From positions 1 to 33,138 of the IMG/VR virus record IMGVR_UViG_3300047564_002129: DNA of 33,138 nt; one strand, given 5' to 3'. Under the pieces are notes generated by a model. The model saw only the letters and a program-made list of their open reading frames with translations, searched no databases and had not been told where the DNA came from. The position numbers were made by a program, and so were the translations under genes. Every line of letters begins with the position of its first letter. The stretch's first letter is position 1. This DNA comes from a virus. Its lineage: Duplodnaviria > Caudoviricetes. This document shows positions 1-8,100 of the stretch, piece after piece.

Positions 1-402
1 GTTAGGGTCAATGCCGTCATTGTAAAGTGCTTTAGGAGAACATCCAAACCAGCAAACACAAGTTGCCTCGGAACATCCTCTAAAACATAGATCGTCAGCA
101 TTGTTACAGCTACGTCCAATATATCCGCAAATATAATTTCCTAAACATACACAAATACATTTCTTTGTATATGCTGGTGCATTTCCAGGTAAGCCAGTTC
201 CGCAGCAACACATTTCTGCTCCAGATCCAGCTGCACCCCATGCTTCAATAATTACTTTACCGCATCCCGGTGCTTGCCAGCACCAGTTGTTACAGAAACC
301 TGAATACATGTTTCCGTCTGAATAAACCCAAATACGTCCTTTTTCAAGGTTATCTTCGAAGGTTAATTCTCTGTTACCTAATAATTGAGATAATAAAGCC
401 AT
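1..402 (-). CDS. Cys/Gly-rich putative virion (fibre tip) protein, 3'-truncated by window edge; paralog of 404..1426
   Basis: Not in the ORF track. Manual translation from the ATG at 402: MALLSQLLGNRELTFEDNLEKGRIWVYSDGNMYSGFCNNWCWQAPGCGKVIIEAWGAAGSGAEMCCCGTGLPGNAPAYTKKCICVC..., open to base 1. 16 Cys in 134 aa. Starts 1 nt after the upstream stop. Confidence 0.85.
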   Translation of the reverse strand, partial: MALLSQLLGNRELTFEDNLEKGRIWVYSDGNMYSGFCNNWCWQAPGCGKVIIEAWGAAGSGAEMCCCGTGLPGNAPAYTKKCICVCLGNYICGYIGRSCNNADDLCFRGCSEATCVCWFGCSPKALYNDGIDPN

Positions 403-403
403 G

Positions 404-1426
404 TTAGTAAGCGCCTCCGAGTTTACCTTGATTTTGTTCCATTACTCCAGATCCTCGGTAGGTTAATCTAATAGCTCCCATACCGCCTCTCTTACCGTGA
501 TCTCTCACGCCTGGACAAGGAAATGGAGGGCCGCCAGCTACACCGTAAGGCATAAACACGTAGCATCCTAATGTTTCATAGCATCCGCAGGCCTGTTGAC
601 CGTTATAACATACACTCCATGGCATACCACCACTCGGTGATCTTGACAATGAATTTAGTGCATATGCGGCATTATGATGTCCCATACCTGACCATTCAGA
701 GTATTGTGGATCGTCATCGTGTGTATAACCAAAATGTCCTCCGTCCTGACTGAAAATTCCGGAAGCGTAAGGAATAAATGATTCTGTTGAGCAGATGCAA
801 ATTGCGTAGCATCCTTTAAATTGTGCATAGCCAATACATCCGCATTTGTTGATGTCGCCACCATAACCGCAGGCTAACCACGCACCGCTACAATGGTTAC
901 ATACTATACCGCAATTGTCAACACCTGTAAATTTGGTAGTACAAAAGCCTGCTGCCGTATAACAGCAGTACGCAGAAGAACCAGTGGTACAAATTGCTGT
1001 GCCGCTACGACCGCCTTGGGCACACATACATCCGCCGGTGAATCCACATAAATCTCTAGCATTGCCCCATCTTAGATAAGAAGCAACGCTACATCCCGAA
1101 TTACATAGATCGTGAGCATTACATGCCTGACCTGGGCAACCGCAAATGTATGTATCTGGCCAAACTGCAATAGTTTTTTTAGAGTATCCAGGAGCGTTTC
1201 CAGGTAGTCCAAATCCACAACAACACATACGGGAACCACTACCTGCTGCTCCCCATACTTCCATTGTTAGTGTTCCGCAACCTGGTGATCTCCAACAATA
1301 CATAAAGTCTGATCTCACACATGCAAACATACTTGGTACGGTGACTACCCAGACCTTGCCCTTTTCCAAGTTTTCTTGGTTGCCAGCAATCTCTCTAGTA
1401 GATAATAGGTCTGATAATTTTGCCAT
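404..1426 (-). CDS. Cys/Gly-rich putative virion protein (glycine-rich adhesin-like domain)
   Basis: 340 aa with 32 Cys. Motifs EVWGAAGSG..MCCCG.GLPGNAPGY.KK and C-terminal G.RGGMGAIRLTY resemble phage glycine-rich tail domains. AGGA lies upstream of the ATG. Confidence 0.75.
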   Translation of the reverse strand: MAKLSDLLSTREIAGNQENLEKGKVWVVTVPSMFACVRSDFMYCWRSPGCGTLTMEVWGAAGSGSRMCCCGFGLPGNAPGYSKKTIAVWPDTYICGCPGQACNAHDLCNSGCSVASYLRWGNARDLCGFTGGCMCAQGGRSGTAICTTGSSAYCCYTAAGFCTTKFTGVDNCGIVCNHCSGAWLACGYGGDINKCGCIGYAQFKGCYAICICSTESFIPYASGIFSQDGGHFGYTHDDDPQYSEWSGMGHHNAAYALNSLSRSPSGGMPWSVCYNGQQACGCYETLGCYVFMPYGVAGGPPFPCPGVRDHGKRGGMGAIRLTYRGSGVMEQNQGKLGGAY

Positions 1427-1439
1427 TTTTAATTCCTAA

Positions 1440-1766
1440 TTATGGTCCGATAAACACCCAGCCAAATGTTGCGCCGGAATAAATCAAAGTTACTGCTGCA
1501 TTGTTTAAGTTCAATACTAAATCTTCTGTAAGGTTTTGAATCTTTTGTCCATTGCGAGCAAGAGTTACATTGTTAATACTAAATGTACCAGCAACATCGA
1601 TGACTTGAATTGTGTCACCGTCTGCTGGAGAACTTGGTAGTGTTAATGTAAATGCGCTGCTTGTGGAGTTTGCAAAAATCCTTTCACCGGCAGTAAGGGT
1701 TGCAGAACCAGTTAAAGTTCTGTTAGTTACGCCTTCTGCGCCAAAGGATGATACTTGTCTGCCCAT
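1440..1766 (-). CDS. Small virion structural protein (T4 tail-fibre/baseplate repeat-like beta domain)
   Basis: 108 aa. FTLTLPSSPADGDTIQVIDVAGTFSINNVTLARNGQKI...LIYSGATFGW is a repeat type common in T4-like fibre proteins. AGGAG SD. Confidence 0.7.
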   Translation of the reverse strand: MGRQVSSFGAEGVTNRTLTGSATLTAGERIFANSTSSAFTLTLPSSPADGDTIQVIDVAGTFSINNVTLARNGQKIQNLTEDLVLNLNNAAVTLIYSGATFGWVFIGP

Positions 1767-1784
1767 TTTATGTTATCTCCTAAA

Positions 1785-2105
1785 TTATACCGTTGAGGTC
1801 TCAATACCAAATACACTCACTGAGGTATTTGCATTGCTGGCGTATACAACAAGACGTTTTCCTGCATCCATCATAATACCAGTTCTTTCTAATACACCGT
1901 TTGCACCAACTACTGCATCATACTCAATAAATTCAGCTGCTGTTGGTGTAGTTGATGCTGCTAAAGCGACCCTCAGTGCTACCGTGCTAGACGATCTATT
2001 GCAGATACTTAATGCTAAAACCGTGAAGGTTGTAGCAGGTACCGTATATACCGTTGTATATGTAGCTGCGGATGGTGCCGCTTGTCCTAATAATCCTGTT
2101 GCCAT
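1785..2105 (-). CDS. Small beta-rich virion protein (paralog of 16377..16709 and 19504..19872)
   Basis: 106 aa, TVYTVPA...ICNR...IMMDAGKRLVVYAS..SVSVFGIE. GGAG SD. Confidence 0.7.
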   Translation of the reverse strand: MATGLLGQAAPSAATYTTVYTVPATTFTVLALSICNRSSSTVALRVALAASTTPTAAEFIEYDAVVGANGVLERTGIMMDAGKRLVVYASNANTSVSVFGIETSTV

Positions 2106-2118
2106 TATCGAATCTCCA

Positions 2119-5100
2119 TCAATTGTTCAATAAAAAGTAATTTAACACAAGGGCATCACCGCCTATACCGCCTTTGAAGTTTACCTTTGTATTTATGTTA
2201 ATCTGTACATTTGTTGTTGTAGCAATAGTTTGCCCAGCTATGTAAATAACACCTGCTGTGAGGGTATTTACGTTCAAACTAGAACCACCGCCACCAATTT
2301 GGCTAGTAATGTACGCTCTGATAGCTCTTTGTGTTGGAATAATGCTATCTGAATCCTGTGTAAAGAATGGATCTGTTGAGAATTCTGTAATTGTTGCACC
2401 CGAACCTCCGAGTGCTACAGAACCCAAACTTAACTCATTCAATCCAGCAATATTAAACGCATCAGCATTTAATGTTGCAACACCAGTTGATTGCTCAACG
2501 TTAAACAATCCGCCAACTCTAAAGTTACCGTCTTGGTCAGTTGATGTATAGAATACACGACCACCTAACGATTGTTTATACTCGTTCGCCGGAATTGGAT
2601 CACTAAATGGCAACCCTGGATAGTTAGTATTGGTAAAGTTTCCAGTACCAACATCTAGCAAGTCATGTCCAGTTAAACGTACCTGTGAATATCTACGTCT
2701 AATTACGGTAGCTGTTTCATGTTCTGGTGCTTCTGCTGCACCAATTGCTGGACTTAACTGCAATGTAGCATTATATGTGCCATCTGGATTTGTAACCAAT
2801 GAAGTTACATTAACTAATCTATACCATACATCGTCAATACCTGCAATTTGTACGTTAGAACCTGCCTTAGGAACATCAGTTAAATTCTTAAATCCAACAA
2901 AAGAACTAACTTGATAATTGTCAGCATATCCGTTTCCAGAAACTTCAGCTGACGCTGCTGAGAATCCAGTTCCTCTATTGATAAACGTTGGTTGAGCTAT
3001 TGCACCGGTTCCAATTCTAATTTGCAATGTTGCATCAGAACCAATATTGTTTGGATCGGTTATAGTAGCTGACGGAGCAGTTACGTATCCAGAACCTGGT
3101 TCGTGTATCCAAATTTCATATAACCTTTCATCTAATACATAAGCTCTTGCTCTTGCAGTGGCACCTTGACGAATATTGAGCACTCCCAGAGAGTCTGCAC
3201 CTAAAACTACCCATCTTGGATTACCTTGATAATTTCCTAATGCACTAGCCACATACGACTTGCTGGCTAATGAAGTCATTGACCCACTACCCGAACTTAA
3301 CACAAAATTAGAACCACCTTTAGTTGACGACACGGTAAATTGTGTAGAGTTTGGTACACTAGTTACATAATAGTATGCATTGTCAAGAAGCCCACCAAAT
3401 CGTGTACCACTAAATCTAATTCTATCATTTACATTCAATCCAGCTGTGCTTGCACAAGTTAATAAATTAGAATTCAACACAAAATTCAAACTTGCTGCGC
3501 TGGTTGTACCGCCTGTGGCTAATACTGCATTTCTATCGTTTCCATAGGCTGCTGCTGCCCAGTTTGCTGTTGAGGACAATGTAGATCCTTCGACCCATGT
3601 AGTTCCATCTGTAGAATATGCTGTTCTATTTGAGTTGTATGCAAATGCTGTAAATGCACCTCCTCCATAGACAACTTTATTCCAGTTTGCCGCTGCACCT
3701 GGTAGAGTTGCTGCTGTCCAGGTTGTTCCGTTAGTAGAATACGCTGCTGCTGTTGAAGTACCAGCTGTGCCGCCGGCAATCGCAACAAATCTTCCGTTGC
3801 CAAATGCAACATCAGACCATAAATCCGAACTTGGTAATGTTGTACCCGAAGTCCATGTTGATCCAGCATTTGTTGAATATGAAGCGGTTTGGCTACCGGT
3901 TGCGTACCCAGAAACAATTACAAAATAATCAGTTCCACCTATGTTACCGTATGCAATTGCGCTGTTTTCTGACGAACCGCCGGAAATTGCAGCGTTGGTC
4001 CATGTTGTGCCGTTAGTAGAATAATTGATTGCTGCCGAATCACCTTTAATAGCAACATATCGTCCAGCACCATATGTCATATCTTTCCAGAAACTATTAG
4101 TTGTCATAGCGTTTGCAACACTAGACCAAGTAATTCCGTCTGCTGATGTAGCAGTATCGTTTGTTCCGCCGTTGCCACCAATTAACGCCACATACTGGTT
4201 AGTTCCGTTATATGCTATGGTAGTGTATTCCCAGTTTGTTCCAGAAAGAGGTAATGTTCCAGCAACCCATGTTTCTCCATTGGTGCTGTATGCTGTTAAT
4301 GCTGTAGATCCCACACTATCATAACCAACCGCAACAAATCTTGTTCCAGACCATGTAACATCAGTCCAATAACCGGATGCAGGAAGTGTTCTAGCTGTGT
4401 AATTTGCTGGATTTGTATTTTGAGCAGTTGATGTAACATTAAATGATACATGAGAACCGTCTCTTAGTGTCCATGTTACACCGTCTGGTGAACTTGCAGC
4501 ATAATCTCCGTTGCTGGTTACGTAGAATACACCTTGGCCGTAACCAATACTAGTCCACTCATACAATCCTGGCAAGTTGCTCTTGTACCAAGTTGCGCCA
4601 TCAAAACTATATGCTGCCATTGCAGAGCTATCAGAAATTGCAACATAACGTCCGTTACCGTAGGCAATGTCTACCCAATTAGATTCTGTTGAATCATCAT
4701 TGCTTGGTAGAGTTGTTACGGTCCATGTTGCTCCCGAAGTAGAATAAGCAACGCTGTTGGAGAAGTTACCTTCAACTAGTACAAATCTACTAAATCCATA
4801 TGTGATTGCTTTAGCGCCAGATGCTACGCTGTTAGTAGACCATGTTGCTCCACCGTTGGTAGATACCGATCTAAATGCTAAACTTGAATCGCTTTCTGCA
4901 ATTGCAACAAACGACCCGTTACCGTAGGCAACATCACACCAGTCAGCTACTTCATTTAATGATGCAATAGTCCAGTTAATACCGTCTAAGCTATAGGCTG
5001 AAACTGAGCTTTCTCTAGCAATTGCAACATAATAACTAACATTGCTTACCACTCCGTATGCTATCGCAGTCCACTGATTACTTGCACCAGGTCCTGTTGC

Positions 5101-8100
5101 TGTTGGTAAAGTTGTTGCTGACCAAGTTACTCCGTCTAAGCTGTACGCACCGGTTGCAGAACCGTTAACTAAAGCTACATATTTTGCTGTCACTGCTGTT
5201 CCGCTAGCTGTTACAGATGTAATAGCACCGCTTGGATTTGTTGCAGTATCAACGGTAATAGTTAAATCATTAGCTGGAGAAGTTCCACCTAGAGAGGTGC
5301 CTGCAATAGTTAGTGTGTTACCTACAGCATATAATGCACCACCAGCTAGTACTTCAACTGAATATACTCCCTGACGTCTTGTAACATTAAATGTTGCTAG
5401 AGAGCCCGATCCACCACTTGCACTTAATGCTGTATAAGCAGCATAACCATCACCAAATACTACATCAGACCAATTTGCCGAACTTGGCATAGATGCTAAG
5501 GTTTTAGTAAATGGAGGTGCTGTAAGAACGATTCTCGGAGTGATTTCGTAGCTTGTTGTTACATCTAATGCTGCTTCAATTGGAGTTCCAGGAACCACAT
5601 GATCCCAACCGGCAGTTCCTGTTGATTCTTTATAAACGGTTGCAATTTTAGATCCTGCATTATATGTATTAATATAACCGTATTGACCTGCACCTGTTCC
5701 CGATATAATATAAATGCTCATTCCGGCATATGCACCGCTTCCGGCAATATCTGCCGCAGCTAATGTAATTTGTGTTGTATTACCAGCTTGTGCTAAGTTA
5801 GCAGCAGTAAGATAACCTTCGCCACCTGTGCCAGAACTATCACCTGGGTCTGTTAACCTTATATTGAACACAGCCCCATCTCTAAATTCATTCGCCAGCG
5901 TTGACAAACCTGATCCCGATCCGGAAGTTGTGATTGTTGCCTGACTATATTCAGAACCGGCATTACCAAATTCATAAATTAAAACATCGTCCCCGTCTGT
6001 TATCACACTTCTAACATCGGCTTCTTCCCCTCGATTATTAATTTCACCTTCGATTGGAACTTCTGTAATATCGACACCTTCAGCAACACAGCCAAAGGTA
6101 CCGTATGAGGTGTTACCATTAGTAGCACGGATCTTACCGCCATTTTCTGCTAGATATCCAATGTGTGCATAGTATGAGAACACAGAAACAAGTTCTGCTC
6201 GTCCTAAGTTAGTAATCCATGCACCAATACCATCGCTAATAACTTGTGTAAAGTCGTTGGAAACGATAGAATCGTTACCGCCAGCATGTAATGATCCGTC
6301 GATCTTTTGACCAGTTGCGCCCGTACCAAATGTTGTAACGTTTTGTACATAAGTAGATCTTGAAGTTACCCAAGTTCTATTGTCGTTTGGACCCCAACCT
6401 GGATCTAGAGAAACATAAGCGCCTGCACGAGGTCTTTGTGTTCCGTATTCATTTGCCGGTAACAATGCACTTTGTACTCCAGTTTGGTCTCCGTCTGAGC
6501 TACCATCTAGTCCTGTTACGGTTTGATTTCTTACTCCGCAACCATTTCGTACCAAATACATATTTTCTAATTTAGAACCAGTAAATGCATTTCTATAATA
6601 TTTTGCCGCATACACAGATTTATAGTTTCCTGTGTAGACCATGTCATATGCGATTGCTTCAATATAGTTTCTAACGTCGTTCTCACAGCTATCAGAATTG
6701 TATTCCCATTTGAGGGTCATTGTTCCTGAAGCTGTAGTTAATGTTTTTACTGCACCGCCTAATGTATCAGATATTTTTAAAGTAGTTGGATTAACTACGG
6801 TATGAACGTAATATGTCGTTGCTAATACAACGCCACCAAATACGGTACCTGTAAATCTAATAGTGTCTCCTGCTACCATCCAGCTGGTGTCTCCAACGGT
6901 GATAGTATCGGTACCGGCACCTGTTGTAGCTGTAGCTGTTGTTATAAATGTTGTATCAATATAAGCATTAGATTCAGCTACTAAAAATTCTTTGTTCAAT
7001 AGCAAAATACTTGCACCATTAATTACATCAATATCGGTAGTTGGACTATTTGTTCCAACAATAATCGGTTCTGTTCCTGTATTCGCATAAGAAATAATAT
7101 TATCCCAAATTTGTTGAGCTAATACAGAAGCACCCGTAGCAACAACCTTGCTACACTTAGCAGATATAAAATCTAAAATATCTTGAGTTGCGGCTAATTG
7201 ATTTGCTATAACAACTCCGGTAGACGTAATGCCTCTACGATATGACATACCGGCTTTGATAGAATTAAAATTAGAACCAAACATTAAATCAAAACCAAGT
7301 GCATCAACAATCAATCCAACGTCTCTTGAACAAGTAGATTCGTTAAATTCTAAGGTTGGATATTCTCGTTTAATAAAGGCCAAAGAATCACTCTGAATAG
7401 TTGTTCTAAATGTAACTAATGCTGTTTTGGCTTTTAATAAACTTGCTGATACCCAAGACTCGTCTGGATTTATAGTTACCGGATAGCCAACATCTGTAGT
7501 GTCGCCGTCTACGGTAATAACATCAATGATATTTTGAATTCTTTCTTCACCGAATGCTGCTGCAAATGCGTTACCGGCTGTGCCGCTTACATCTTGAGTT
7601 TCAGCATTTCCTGAACTTGGAGTGATTGATGTTTCTGTAATAACATCGCCAACAATACTCTTAAGGTGAGCGTATGCTGCCAATGTTTCTTCTTTTTCGC
7701 CATCGCCAAATGTTGCTGCACCAAAGCTGTAATATGCTTTAGCAGCAATCATTGTTTGATAATTTCCACCATAGGTTAAATCATAACGCATTGCATCAAG
7801 GATATAACCAACGTCTCTAGCACAAGCAGCCGCATCATATGTAAATGACCCCGAGAACGGAGCAATAGATCCTGCAACCTGTACTGCTATCCACGCAGTA
7901 ATTTCTGCTTTGATAAAGTTTGTGTTTGCTAAAATTTGTGCTCTAGCATTATCATATGTTGAAGTTGCTCCGGTAGGATTTCCACTAGATGCATACTCAA
8001 CTTGAGTTAATGTTGAACCCCAGTTTGTTGGACTTGGAATAACGAATGCATCAACTGCTCCAAGACCGTTAGTTAAGATGTCTTTGATTTCTGTAACATT

